A DNA stretch of 64,000 nucleotides from a virus (Duplodnaviria > Caudoviricetes). Below are positions 38,520-48,179 of this stretch, piece by piece. Position 1 is the stretch's first letter. Each line of letters opens with the position of its first letter. The stretch lies in the IMG/VR virus record IMGVR_UViG_3300043104_000334; one strand, 5' to 3'. Below the pieces are notes generated by a model. That model did not search any database. It was not told the DNA's origin and saw only the letters and a list, made by a program, of their open reading frames with translations. The translations under genes and the position numbers were made by a program.

Positions 38520-38556
38520 AGTCTTGGGAGCATAAACACTATACACTCCCAAGACT
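38520..38556. terminator. Inverted repeat, possible terminator
   Basis: 11-bp stem AGTCTTGGGAG / CTCCCAAGACT. Confidence 0.5.
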
Positions 38557-38565
38557 AAACTGTAA

Positions 38566-38793
38566 TTATAATTCTTTAAGCATACGATACATGCTTATAA
38601 GGATTAAGCATGCTACCAGAACTGCCACAAGAATGATTGCAAAATAGACACATGCAATAGACAGCGGAACATTCATTCCAGTAGACATAGCCGCGATAAG
38701 CATCGCGCCACATGCAATAAACCCTACGGCAATGATGATTGTTAAAAACATCATCAGCATTATGTTAAGTATATGATTTCTTTCGTCTCTCAT
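38566..38793 (-). CDS. Small two-TM protein
   Basis: 75-aa hydrophobic ORF with RBS. Confidence 0.6.
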   Translation of the reverse strand: MRDERNHILNIMLMMFLTIIIAVGFIACGAMLIAAMSTGMNVPLSIACVYFAIILVAVLVACLILISMYRMLKEL

Positions 38794-38806
38794 CTTAAGT
38801 GCCCTC

Positions 38807-39028
38807 CTATATGTTCATGCCAATACATACACCGTAATTAGGTCTCCATTTGCTTCCTGCCAACTTTTCACTGTAGACATAATCCGGACAATTGCGCCGC
38901 AACACTCTTTTAACCTCGTTGATATCCGTACATGTAAGGCTAGCAATGCGCAACGGTGTGTAATGCTTACACTGGTAATACATGCAAATTAGTCCTTTCT
39001 TTTCAGTCCATGTTAATCCTTGATTCAT
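38807..39028 (-). CDS. Small HTH-like protein
   Basis: YTPLRIASLTCTDINEVKRVLRR; AAGGAGG RBS. Confidence 0.55.
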   Translation of the reverse strand: MNQGLTWTEKKGLICMYYQCKHYTPLRIASLTCTDINEVKRVLRRNCPDYVYSEKLAGSKWRPNYGVCIGMNI

Positions 39029-39163
39029 TTTTGTTTCCTCCTTAGCTTTATGCTTTAAATATGTTTTACAACAGTTTAATGTATACTATTAAGATAATAC
39101 ACATTTTTGTGGACAAAAATAGATGTCCACAATAGTTACATAGAGCAAATATACACTCTTTCA

Positions 39164-39196
39164 TTTATATATGTTACTTGAATCCGTATGTGTTCA
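39164..39196 (-). promoter_or_regulatory. Putative promoter TGAA-N19-CATATATAAA
   Basis: Copy 3 of the motif, intergenic; a hairpin (39107-39132) lies in the leader. Confidence 0.6.
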
Positions 39197-39200
39197 GGTT

Positions 39201-39989
39201 TTAGATATTAGCCTCAAAGAGTTTGTACAAATCCTCGTTAGGTAATGCAAATACAACTTTTTTGTAAAGCTTGCCATAAGACTGCAATGTCTTAGCAAAC
39301 ACTTTTGCAACAAACTCCGGATTGTTTCTAAATACACCACATCCCCATGCGCCGAGGATTAGGGTATCACATCCGTTAAGGTAGGGTAGCGTCACTATCG
39401 CTTCAATACGATTCGTAATAGCAAGATCAACATATCTCGCTTTCGATATTGGTACCCTATTACAATTTGGTGCCGCACACGATATCACATCAAACAACAC
39501 TGGTGCTGTAATGCTACCTCTCGCCATTGTAAACGGGACAGCTGGACTGTAAATTACTTCATCTAGATATGTCTCCGGCATATCCTTTCTCTTTGCACGA
39601 GCCTTGTAAATAATCATTGAATCCAAGATAGGATACAATCCCGACACATGACAAAGTGATTCTTCCTGCGCATAGGAACCTTTTAAGAACCCACCACCCG
39701 GCTTAAAATAGGATGCGAAATTGAGTACACAGATTTGTCTGTCTCCCTCACCATAACAATCTAACGCTACCTCATATGTTGGCTTTCTTATAAACGAGAT
39801 GTGCGTCTTGTCAGGAACAGAATCCGCTTTTGTGTCTATATACTTCCACTCATCCTCTGTAATAAGCTGACCGATTCTAGCAAAGGATTTCTCTTTTGAG
39901 TTCTCAATTGCTGCTCTAAATACAGCATGATTGTTTATCATACCCAACCATACTTCAGCTTGTTTTGCATTATCTTCTTTCTTAGACAT
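39201..39989 (-). CDS. TIGR02452-family macrodomain (bacterial PARG-like)
   Basis: VLNFAS..PGGGF.KGS.AQEESLC, DVISCAAPN, LILGAWGCGVFRN. Confidence 0.9.
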   Translation of the reverse strand: MSKKEDNAKQAEVWLGMINNHAVFRAAIENSKEKSFARIGQLITEDEWKYIDTKADSVPDKTHISFIRKPTYEVALDCYGEGDRQICVLNFASYFKPGGGFLKGSYAQEESLCHVSGLYPILDSMIIYKARAKRKDMPETYLDEVIYSPAVPFTMARGSITAPVLFDVISCAAPNCNRVPISKARYVDLAITNRIEAIVTLPYLNGCDTLILGAWGCGVFRNNPEFVAKVFAKTLQSYGKLYKKVVFALPNEDLYKLFEANI

Positions 39990-40002
39990 TTCATGTCTCC
40001 TT

Positions 40003-40545
40003 TTAAATTTCATTTTTATTGACCCATTCTACCGGGCACGAACAGTTTCCATAATACCAGTGCAGGAACATATTTCTATCAGTAACATAATCTATTTTAC
40101 CCTGTTTATACAACAATTGCAATGCTGCTAGAGCCCTAGCATTACAAACTGGAGTCTTGTCCGGATTATGAAATAAATCATAAAAGGAACCCTGACTCAA
40201 GGCATAATCAATTTGTTTTTCACTGAGACTAGTAAGGTACAATAAATCATGACACCCCATCGGCAAGTAATCTTTGTAAGGAGAATCATCGAGTAATTTC
40301 CATATGTCTCTCATTGGATTACCTTTTGAATCTTTTACATAACATGTAGCTAGGTTTCTTGCCTGATAGATACCAGATGCAGACGATACATCTATACACG
40401 GTTCCATAAATGAGAGCACAGAACTCTCAATCTCTTTCCTGCATAATATTTTGCTTACCTCAAGAGCATCCTTATCCCATTGTACATCAACTGTTCTTGT
40501 ATAAAGCTGATTATTCTTTATGAAATAAATACATCTCTTAGCCAT
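40003..40545 (-). CDS. DarT1-associated NADAR-like (DUF6977-like) protein
   Basis: MAKR..F, IDVSSAS..ARNL, FYDLFHNPDK..VCNARALA resemble that family's LEISSKS..LSAFNL and FTDIEFNP.KSINCQA motifs (recalled, unverified). Confidence 0.5.
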   Translation of the reverse strand: MAKRCIYFIKNNQLYTRTVDVQWDKDALEVSKILCRKEIESSVLSFMEPCIDVSSASGIYQARNLATCYVKDSKGNPMRDIWKLLDDSPYKDYLPMGCHDLLYLTSLSEKQIDYALSQGSFYDLFHNPDKTPVCNARALAALQLLYKQGKIDYVTDRNMFLHWYYGNCSCPVEWVNKNEI

Positions 40546-40560
40546 ACGTAACGTTGCCTC

Positions 40561-41169
40561 TTACTTTGTGGCAACTTTCTTCGCGGCATCAATAAGAGGA
40601 GAACTCTTCTTCCTTTTCTTTGGAATGTCGATTACATCCTGATACTGTATACCGTTATCATCACAAATCTTTTTAAGGAATTCATTAAGCTCGGCACCGA
40701 TTATCTTCTGCATCTTATTATTGCTAGGTAGGCCAATAGGCAAGTTAATGTGCTCCGCCATATCAATTAAGGATTTTACGAACTCCGATACTACAATTGA
40801 GAAATCCTCGTTAGCACTATAAGAGCTCGCAAGACATACCTTAATAAGCTTAACGAGTTCCGGATGGACATTGATTGTTTTCGTAACAGCACCATCCGCT
40901 ACGATATTGATTGTTGCGTTACCGGGCTCAAGCTTAAACCCTTTCACGCCATCAATAATGTCCCAGATTAATGGCTGTTGTCCCAATTTACTCTTCCCTT
41001 TTACGGTACTCAGTTTTACTTTATGTTCACCGATGTTAACCGCACCAAAGTAAGGCGGGTAAGAACCTGCCATGTTAAACAGTTCCTGATTCCTGCTTTG
41101 ATTTGCAATAACAACCTCGTCCACAATATCATGACCTGTTGAACCCTCAGGAAAACTTTTAATCTTCAT
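40561..41169 (-). CDS. Hypothetical protein
   Basis: 202 aa; C-terminal SPLIDAAKKVATK. Confidence 0.7.
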   Translation of the reverse strand: MKIKSFPEGSTGHDIVDEVVIANQSRNQELFNMAGSYPPYFGAVNIGEHKVKLSTVKGKSKLGQQPLIWDIIDGVKGFKLEPGNATINIVADGAVTKTINVHPELVKLIKVCLASSYSANEDFSIVVSEFVKSLIDMAEHINLPIGLPSNNKMQKIIGAELNEFLKKICDDNGIQYQDVIDIPKKRKKSSPLIDAAKKVATK

Positions 41170-42046
41170 CTTCTGTTTCCTCCTCTACTGTACTGAGCAG
41201 TGTCATATACTCTTCCTCAGACAAATAGGAATCCGGTTTATCAAACCACTTTAATTCACTTGTTGAGAATGTAACTTCGTAAATAGTAACGTTCTCATTG
41301 TATGTTGGCACTTCTATTTCAGCATCATCAGAAGTATCATAGAAGATTTCAATATCTTCGCCGTTTGCCACTTTATCATAGTTCACATCAGACACAGCAT
41401 AGGACACAATTCCCATAGGCATATAATCTGATGTACGGATAAATAGCTGTTCGTACATAGACTCATAATCATCTGAACTTCCAAGAATCTCATAAACATA
41501 ACACTCTGTATCAGTGCCATACCAACACTCTGTTTCATCAGCTAAAGTGTAGTCATTGATATTACTCAAAATATCCCACACATTATCTGTGACCGGAACG
41601 GTATCATAGGATGTCTTCACCCACACTTCATAATCCGTGTCATAGACATAGACATCATAGTTACCGTTCTCCTCATTCTCCTCCCAGTACTCATACAACT
41701 CTGTTCCATCAGAGTCGGAATACACATAGGAAGATTCTGTAGTGTTTCTTCCACATGTGTACACATAGTTGTACACATCAGAACCCTCACCTGCAACTGT
41801 ATCTTCAATACTCAATGTGAGAAGTGCATAGTCACAGGATTCTACTGCTTCCTCAGCTTTCTCGATAATCTCCGCAGAGTTAAGCTGAGAGGCTGTAAAC
41901 AACTTGGCACCATCAAACTTAATAAATAGTGTCAATGCACCAATTACTAATGCACATGCAAATGTTGCACATGCAATAGTGATTGTTCTTCTTGAGATGC
42001 CACTCTTTTTCTCTTTGTCTTTTTTCTTACCCATTCTTATTCTCAC
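41159..42046 (-). CDS. Membrane-anchored acidic exported protein
   Basis: Basic N-terminus plus TM, Asp/Glu/Tyr-rich beta-type body. Confidence 0.7.
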   Translation of the reverse strand: MRIRMGKKKDKEKKSGISRRTITIACATFACALVIGALTLFIKFDGAKLFTASQLNSAEIIEKAEEAVESCDYALLTLSIEDTVAGEGSDVYNYVYTCGRNTTESSYVYSDSDGTELYEYWEENEENGNYDVYVYDTDYEVWVKTSYDTVPVTDNVWDILSNINDYTLADETECWYGTDTECYVYEILGSSDDYESMYEQLFIRTSDYMPMGIVSYAVSDVNYDKVANGEDIEIFYDTSDDAEIEVPTYNENVTIYEVTFSTSELKWFDKPDSYLSEEEYMTLLSTVEEETEDED

Positions 42047-43452
42047 TTTCTCAATTCTTGTCTAAAGATAGATACAGATAAATCTGTACTCAATAGTACA
42101 TTTCTGAATCCCTTTGCACCACGAACACCCGCAGTCGATAAAGTTCGCACTCCTGCAAGTTCCTGCTCTTCAGTAAAGGTCATATGCATATCATAGTCAG
42201 TATGTCTTTGAACAATATGGCCACCCTGTACATAACCAGACCGAATAGCTTTTCCTGCATAAGCAGCCTCAATACCCTTGTCATTGTACTGGTTAATGCA
42301 TAATGCCGCAACATTCAACCGCTTTACAATCTTACGTGTAATTTCATAGGCATCCGTAATTATTTCATATTGCTCTCTACGCCTTGCCCATTTATCTGAT
42401 GGTACAGAACTACACAAGCCCATGTAGTCAATTACAACTAAGCCAAGATTAGTATATACTTTTGCAACACTCTCCGCTTCATCATAATAATCTTCTACGA
42501 CTAAATCTTCCTTGAAGATGAACTTACCGTAGTTACCTGATTCAAATAAATCAATCCTAGCAGACTCATAAATCTGTTTCTGTTCATCCGTCATTTCATC
42601 ATACTTGTTCATGATATTATCAGGTATCTTTATTCTGCCACCATACACACGTGTGATGTGATAAGCAATAAGAATATTCTCTGTCTGCGCTTTACTAAGC
42701 TCAAGTTCATACCAAAGCACATCTTTCTTTGCTTCAGTTAAAACTCTATAAGCAAAATGTACTTCACCAAATCTTGTTTTACCACCTTTAGGCTGAGAAG
42801 TGAATGTATAGATAAGTCTTGTGTAAATGCCACCGATGTCTCCATCAATACATGGAATTCCTGTTTTACAGATGAACTCCATTTTTCCCTCTTCTTCTTC
42901 CGTAGTTGAGTAATCTACATCTCTGATTTTCTCAGTGTTGTAAACATCATCCAATTCCGCCAAACTACTCCTAAGTCCTGCCGATACCTCATTTATATCA
43001 GACCCATCCATAAGCTTAGGATAAGCACTTAGCATAACATCCTGAATACTGTCAGAACGTTTACTAGACATAAAGTCATATATGTCTACTTTGAAATCTC
43101 TTCCAGTAAGGTCAGGCTGTATATAGGTATCATACGCAGCCTGTGTAGCCTCAGATATAATCTGATAAGCCTCCTCTAACTGTGAAGCTTCTCTGTAGTC
43201 AAGAGAAGTCATTGTCTCAGTCTTAACATTATATTTCTTAATGTCCTGCTTTCCATCAACTTTAAGGTAAGCAGTCAAGAACTCTTTTCTAGGAACAATT
43301 GATAACCGTGCGCAATACTTCAGGAAACACACGAGAAGTCTATCAACTCCATTAAAGTTCTTAGGCTCAAAGTATCTAGCGAACCAGTTTGTATAAATGC
43401 CAGCACGCGGGTCTTCACCCTCATGCGTGAACCATTTAAAAACTCGTTCCAT
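42043..43452 (-). CDS. DnaB-like replicative helicase
   Basis: TGIPCID, Walker A SQPKGGKT, YELELS, LVVIDYMGL, INQYN. Confidence 0.85.
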   Translation of the reverse strand: MERVFKWFTHEGEDPRAGIYTNWFARYFEPKNFNGVDRLLVCFLKYCARLSIVPRKEFLTAYLKVDGKQDIKKYNVKTETMTSLDYREASQLEEAYQIISEATQAAYDTYIQPDLTGRDFKVDIYDFMSSKRSDSIQDVMLSAYPKLMDGSDINEVSAGLRSSLAELDDVYNTEKIRDVDYSTTEEEEGKMEFICKTGIPCIDGDIGGIYTRLIYTFTSQPKGGKTRFGEVHFAYRVLTEAKKDVLWYELELSKAQTENILIAYHITRVYGGRIKIPDNIMNKYDEMTDEQKQIYESARIDLFESGNYGKFIFKEDLVVEDYYDEAESVAKVYTNLGLVVIDYMGLCSSVPSDKWARRREQYEIITDAYEITRKIVKRLNVAALCINQYNDKGIEAAYAGKAIRSGYVQGGHIVQRHTDYDMHMTFTEEQELAGVRTLSTAGVRGAKGFRNVLLSTDLSVSIFRQELRK

Positions 43453-43481
43453 TATAATTCTCCTTTTCGGATTATTTGTAT

Positions 43482-43742
43482 TTAAATACGATTAAGGTAT
43501 ACTTCGAGATAATCATCCTTAGTCAATGCAATATCAATGTCAGAGCTTTCAAGAGTATTATTGTAGTACTCTTTAACCTTGTCATTGAGTTCACTAACAA
43601 GCCTGTCAGTTAATGCACCAAGAATCTTGTCGGTTTCATTCGGTAACGGCAGGTGCCGATACTTCTTGAAGAGCTCTTCAAGAATTCTGTCACTAAGGAT
43701 ACTCTTAACATTCTTATCAAGGCTTGATGATGTTAGCATCAT
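43482..43742 (-). CDS. Hypothetical protein
   Basis: 86 aa, AAGGAG RBS. Confidence 0.6.
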   Translation of the reverse strand: MMLTSSSLDKNVKSILSDRILEELFKKYRHLPLPNETDKILGALTDRLVSELNDKVKEYYNNTLESSDIDIALTKDDYLEVYLNRI

Positions 43743-43757
43743 AGTAACTTGCTCCTT

Positions 43758-44261
43758 TCATAAATTTATAAGCTTATCTAAATTGCAGATAGGGATATTC
43801 TTTCCCTTACAATAAGACATGTCATATGCCGCTGTACGGTCGGCATATGTATTGCCGGCGTTATCAGCATGTCCCTTAACCCAGATATAATTTATCTTAA
43901 GATTAGGAACCTGCTCAAGGATATCCCTTACAGATTTAACAAACCATTGTGTAGCCGGCTTATTTGTCTTCCACCCGCCTGTAAGCCATTCACCAACTCC
44001 CTTGTAATCATAGATAAGGTCAAGCTGGTAAGTATCCATCAATTCTTCGTTCTTCTTCTGTACGTTAGCAGCCACAGACGTAATAGCGGACCAAGCTGCA
44101 AGCACCTCTCCACCAACATTTCGCATAGACACAAATGCAGGGTTTGTACACTTAATGTGAATCTGGCTTACTGGAGCATTGCCATTCCAAAATACGATTC
44201 CGCCGTGCACCTCACCGTTGTCTCCAAAACTACCATCTGTGTAAGCAATATACTTTTGCAT
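43758..44261 (-). CDS. rnhA: Ribonuclease HI
   Basis: AYTDGSF, RNVGGE, YDYKG, WVKGHADNAGNTYAD. Confidence 0.9.
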   Translation of the reverse strand: MQKYIAYTDGSFGDNGEVHGGIVFWNGNAPVSQIHIKCTNPAFVSMRNVGGEVLAAWSAITSVAANVQKKNEELMDTYQLDLIYDYKGVGEWLTGGWKTNKPATQWFVKSVRDILEQVPNLKINYIWVKGHADNAGNTYADRTAAYDMSYCKGKNIPICNLDKLINL

Positions 44262-44273
44262 ATGATATCTCCT

Positions 44274-44900
44274 TTACCAAAATGATTTTATACAAACCGT
44301 ATTGTAAGCACCCGTACCCCTCAGATACTTTAGCTTGTCAAACTTGTCTACTACCTTTAAATCCTGTTCTGAACCACCGAACATAAAGATAGTGAAACCA
44401 TTAGACCGAACCCTGCGCTCAATGATATAACCGATGGTATCGAACATCCAAAACTGGACATCACGAGGTATACGTATCACGGCACATCTAGCATCCGAAT
44501 AAAGCTGTGTCATTTCTTTGTCCGTATAGGAATTTAAAATATTCCTTACTTCAGTCACATCCTTTAAGGGCGGCATATCGAACCCTTTAGACGTAATCAA
44601 AGAATACAGGTTATAGGCCCACACAGTTTTACCGGAGTTTGGTCTAGAACATATAATCATGTTCTTTTGGTAAAATGCAATATCATTGACTATGGTAGTC
44701 ATAAGCTCTTCCATGAACGTACCATAATCTTTTTGTTCTTTATCAGGTAGAAAGCTCTTATCAAACTTTAGTCCCTGATACTGAGCTGGTACACCATACA
44801 CAATAGGCACCATGCTTGTTTGTTCTTTCATACAGTCTGGACACGGCTCTCCACTTACAAGCCTGCCAGTTCCACCACACTTGATACATACCGAACTCAC
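44274..44900 (-). CDS. DnaC/IstB-like helicase loader (zinc finger plus P-loop)
   Basis: CIKC..CPDC, GVPAQY, SRPNSGKT, IIERR; upstream of the helicase; Walker B degenerate. Confidence 0.65.
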   Translation of the reverse strand: MSSVCIKCGGTGRLVSGEPCPDCMKEQTSMVPIVYGVPAQYQGLKFDKSFLPDKEQKDYGTFMEELMTTIVNDIAFYQKNMIICSRPNSGKTVWAYNLYSLITSKGFDMPPLKDVTEVRNILNSYTDKEMTQLYSDARCAVIRIPRDVQFWMFDTIGYIIERRVRSNGFTIFMFGGSEQDLKVVDKFDKLKYLRGTGAYNTVCIKSFW

Positions 44901-44955
44901 TTTAACACACTCCTAACTTTACGTTATATTCCTGCTTATGCAGTGTCATATTTCT

Positions 44956-45333
44956 TTACATAAGATTATCCGCAATCTTATAGTACTTGCTTGGCAGAGC
45001 TTTTGTTTGCAGGTCCATAAGTATCTGGTCCATAATTGCTCCCATGCAGTCATCCGGATATCCTGTGACGTAAGCATTTCTGAATTTAAGGAAACTCAGA
45101 TGATCCGGAAACGTTTTCTTGTAAGCATCACTCACATCAGACGAATGCTGCTTAAGCATAGCCTCGTTAACCAGTATGCAGGACAGGAAGAATGTATACT
45201 GCATTACATCCATCTCAGAACCGAGGTTACATTTGCCAATCCGGTTCACGAAGCTGTCAATTGCATTCTGAAGCTCAGTTTCCTTTGTGTTGCCCTGCAC
45301 ACTCTGCGCAGCCTTTAATAATTCTTCACTCAT
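44956..45333 (-). CDS. Hypothetical protein
   Basis: AGGAGG RBS, 125 aa. Confidence 0.65.
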   Translation of the reverse strand: MSEELLKAAQSVQGNTKETELQNAIDSFVNRIGKCNLGSEMDVMQYTFFLSCILVNEAMLKQHSSDVSDAYKKTFPDHLSFLKFRNAYVTGYPDDCMGAIMDQILMDLQTKALPSKYYKIADNLM

Positions 45334-45348
45334 TACTTAATCCTCCTT

Positions 45349-45708
45349 TTAATAGAACTGTTCCCAACAGTACTGTTTCTTCATACTTTCTATAAGCTGG
45401 TTGAAATCGTCCTTACTTCGGATGTACGTAAACCTAAGCTCGGCTGACCTGTCTCTGTAAAGTTCACATAGCAAGCTAACAGCATGTGGAGTTATTTCTC
45501 CAACAACCCTAGGTATTACTTTTGTTGTTTTAAGTAATGGCTGAAGATATCCAATATCAATCTTGTCATTAAGGTCTATAACAACCTCATCAAATCGTGA
45601 GCTTGCAATAAACGGGTGACTGGTAATTTTATTGAACTCAATGCTTGACATAACAACTGTGTCAAATGAAACTTCATTCATTACTATGTCTGTAACCAAT
45701 AATCGCAT
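45349..45708 (-). CDS. Hypothetical protein
   Basis: Start refined to MRLLV after AGGAGG. Confidence 0.6.
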   Translation of the reverse strand: MRLLVTDIVMNEVSFDTVVMSSIEFNKITSHPFIASSRFDEVVIDLNDKIDIGYLQPLLKTTKVIPRVVGEITPHAVSLLCELYRDRSAELRFTYIRSKDDFNQLIESMKKQYCWEQFY

Positions 45709-45724
45709 ACTTAATCCTCCTGTA

Positions 45725-46270
45725 TCACAGCTTGTCACCGAGATATAAGATTTCTGAGATAGCCGCCACAAGTTCATTAAGTCCAAACTCGTAAGCAACA
45801 ATCATAACAAGAATGAACTTTTTCTCCATACAATTGTTGACAGAACCGAACTTACGCTTAATAGCGGAAATCGCTGTCTCGATACTTGGCATCGTAGAAG
45901 ACCCCATAGCAGCCATGAAAAAGCTCTGTAATGCCTTCCGCTCAAATCCCATGTAGTTGATGTTGGATACACGGATTGTAACGATTTTGTTATATCTCAC
46001 AATCTGCAGGTATCCACACAATCTTGCATGTAATGCCGCGGCATTCTCAACGAAGAGCACAGCCTGACTCCGGGACTTTCCACTGTAGAGTGAATCATCA
46101 TTTATCTTCTTATCATGCAGGTCAATCTGATACTGCCGAATGATTCTGTTACGAATGTTTTCAAGAATATCTTCAACATCCTTTTCACTGTAGTCTTTAC
46201 CATCAATAAGTAAAGCTGCTTCGATGTCAAGCATAATCTTGTTGATATCATAGAAATCTGATATTACCAT
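45725..46270 (-). CDS. Hypothetical protein
   Basis: Start refined to MVISDF after AAGGAG. Confidence 0.65.
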   Translation of the reverse strand: MVISDFYDINKIMLDIEAALLIDGKDYSEKDVEDILENIRNRIIRQYQIDLHDKKINDDSLYSGKSRSQAVLFVENAAALHARLCGYLQIVRYNKIVTIRVSNINYMGFERKALQSFFMAAMGSSTMPSIETAISAIKRKFGSVNNCMEKKFILVMIVAYEFGLNELVAAISEILYLGDKL

Positions 46271-46284
46271 AATTATTCTTCTCC

Positions 46285-46632
46285 TTATTTTGTTAACGCA
46301 ATATAAACCTTGTCTCGTATACCGGATGGAAAATACGTATATATTACATCTGCGTATTCTTTGATATTTTCCAAATCTCTGCATAACTTATCAATACTCT
46401 CACTATGCGCAAATGCATTACGATATTCATACATAGCCACACTGAATACAAAGTTGCTAGTTATGTTCATTCTGTTTGGAGTATGCACATCTGATAATGA
46501 TGCTGCCAAATACTTAAAATATTCACATACAACAAACACAATAAATAATTTGTCAGTACACATGCCAGACCTGAGCGTCAGTAAGCAATTATCTATCTTA
46601 CTGTCTAATTCGTCCAATGACATTATACTCAT
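46285..46632 (-). CDS. Possible HEPN-domain RNase
   Basis: Small helical protein with RNAFAH (Rx4H) at a typical position. Confidence 0.45.
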   Translation of the reverse strand: MSIMSLDELDSKIDNCLLTLRSGMCTDKLFIVFVVCEYFKYLAASLSDVHTPNRMNITSNFVFSVAMYEYRNAFAHSESIDKLCRDLENIKEYADVIYTYFPSGIRDKVYIALTK

Positions 46633-46967
46633 TTCTGTACCTCCAAGTTATTATGCAGATCGTAATATATACCACCATGTGAATTCTCAAATTCATCATC
46701 TGTTATACCACACTCAAGCATTATACCAAAATACTCTTTTGCTATAGCTTTATGCTCTTTTGTTCCAAGCTCAGTACAAACAACCGACTTGCTTGTAAGG
46801 ATAAGCTTTGACACAGGAAACCCACCATCTTCTACCTCGGTTTTATAAGACTCGAAAGCGCCGGTTGAGACAAGTTTATTTCCTAAGGATTCAAGCTTTA
46901 TTTTGAATCGTTCAAACTTTGTTTTCGGGGCTATAACACCTGCAGCTGATACTAATGTCTCAACCAT
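46629..46967 (-). CDS. Hypothetical protein
   Basis: Start refined to MVETLV; ATGA-coupled to the HEPN-like gene. Confidence 0.55.
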   Translation of the reverse strand: MVETLVSAAGVIAPKTKFERFKIKLESLGNKLVSTGAFESYKTEVEDGGFPVSKLILTSKSVVCTELGTKEHKAIAKEYFGIMLECGITDDEFENSHGGIYYDLHNNLEVQK

Positions 46968-46968
46968 A

Positions 46969-47424
46969 TTATATCTCTCCATTCTGTTGCAACTCTTTAT
47001 CATATCCAAAATAGAACCCATTGTCCATGCAAGCATCTACAATATGCCGAAGTACATCTGTTTTAGTCATAGCCCACGTAAATTCGTGGTCCATATAGAA
47101 CTTTCCAGCAAACAAATACAACCTCGTAAGAGCATTGTCTAATCTGCCAACAATAAGCTCCTTCGTTTCGGCATCTGTTTCTACAAAGGTATCATCAGCC
47201 GTGACATCTTCAATAAGCTGAAGAACTTCCATGATAGGCGTAAGGACCAACGGGTCTTTACAGTCTTTCACAAGCTGTCTTAACACCATACTCAATGACT
47301 GCTCAACCTGCCCGAGCTGTTGCTTCCGAATAGTTTCTCGTGTGTTTGCATGTAATCGCGGAATTACTCTCTCAAGTAATATGACCGCGCTCAACACTTC
47401 ATTGTTGTCCTGACTCATCTTCAA
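46969..47424 (-). CDS. Hypothetical protein
   Basis: ORF track, GGAGG RBS. Confidence 0.65.
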   Translation of the reverse strand: MKMSQDNNEVLSAVILLERVIPRLHANTRETIRKQQLGQVEQSLSMVLRQLVKDCKDPLVLTPIMEVLQLIEDVTADDTFVETDAETKELIVGRLDNALTRLYLFAGKFYMDHEFTWAMTKTDVLRHIVDACMDNGFYFGYDKELQQNGEI

Positions 47425-47761
47425 TTACCTCCTCCATGCTATCCTCTTCGACGTCCTCGTTACTGTAGGTAAATCTTGTGGCAACACCCTTTACCTTTGT
47501 CAAACTACTTGTTATAGATGACCGTGTAGATGAGTCGATAAGCGTTATAATGCCTAATAGAATCACACAAGTCAAAGCTTCCTGCCAGTCTACAAATGTC
47601 GACAACTCAAATATCTTAGCTACAACTGACCAAGCAAGAAATATAAGTGATACGAAAAAGGCGTCTAGTGTATACCGCTGTGTTGGTACGATAAGCGCGT
47701 CAAAGAATTCTTCAAGCGCATCCATTATACCATCAATGAGTATTTTTAAGAAATCATTCAT
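47399..47761 (-). CDS. Two-TM membrane protein
   Basis: Hydrophobic segments; directly downstream of promoter-motif copy 4. Confidence 0.65.
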   Translation of the reverse strand: MNDFLKILIDGIMDALEEFFDALIVPTQRYTLDAFFVSLIFLAWSVVAKIFELSTFVDWQEALTCVILLGIITLIDSSTRSSITSSLTKVKGVATRFTYSNEDVEEDSMEEVIEDESGQQ

Positions 47762-47772
47762 TAAGATTCACC

Positions 47773-48168
47773 TCAATCTCTTCTTTCAATTATATATGAA
47801 AGTCCAGTATAACTGTTTTCATATTCTGAACAGAAAAATGTTATTTTACATTCAGGATACGTAAAGTAGTATCTGTAAGATGGACAATTATCTTTAGTAA
47901 AGCTCACGTCAATATAGGAAGAAGTTATATCCTCTGAATAAACAGAATAACCATCTGCTTTCATATTAACGTAAACATTACTAATACCATTTATTGTGGT
48001 AAGCCCAACATTGTCAGATAATACTTCATAGTAGGTATCAGTGTACTCATCAACAAGATAAACTGTGCCATTTGTTTCAATAGGCACATTGTTAATATTG
48101 TACGCCGTGATACCTACACATAAGACAGTTGCTACTGTGAATAATAATTTACGTAATATTCTTATCAT
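47773..48168 (-). CDS. Exported hypothetical protein
   Basis: N-terminal signal/TM. Confidence 0.65.
   Translation of the reverse strand: MIRILRKLLFTVATVLCVGITAYNINNVPIETNGTVYLVDEYTDTYYEVLSDNVGLTTINGISNVYVNMKADGYSVYSEDITSSYIDVSFTKDNCPSYRYYFTYPECKITFFCSEYENSYTGLSYIIERRD
47789..47821 (-). promoter_or_regulatory. Putative promoter TGAA-N19-CATATATAAT inside the 3' end of 47773-48168
   Basis: Copy 4 of the motif; 47778-47798 is identical over 21 nt to 6602-6622. Confidence 0.55.
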
Positions 48169-48179
48169 AGCAGTCTCCG

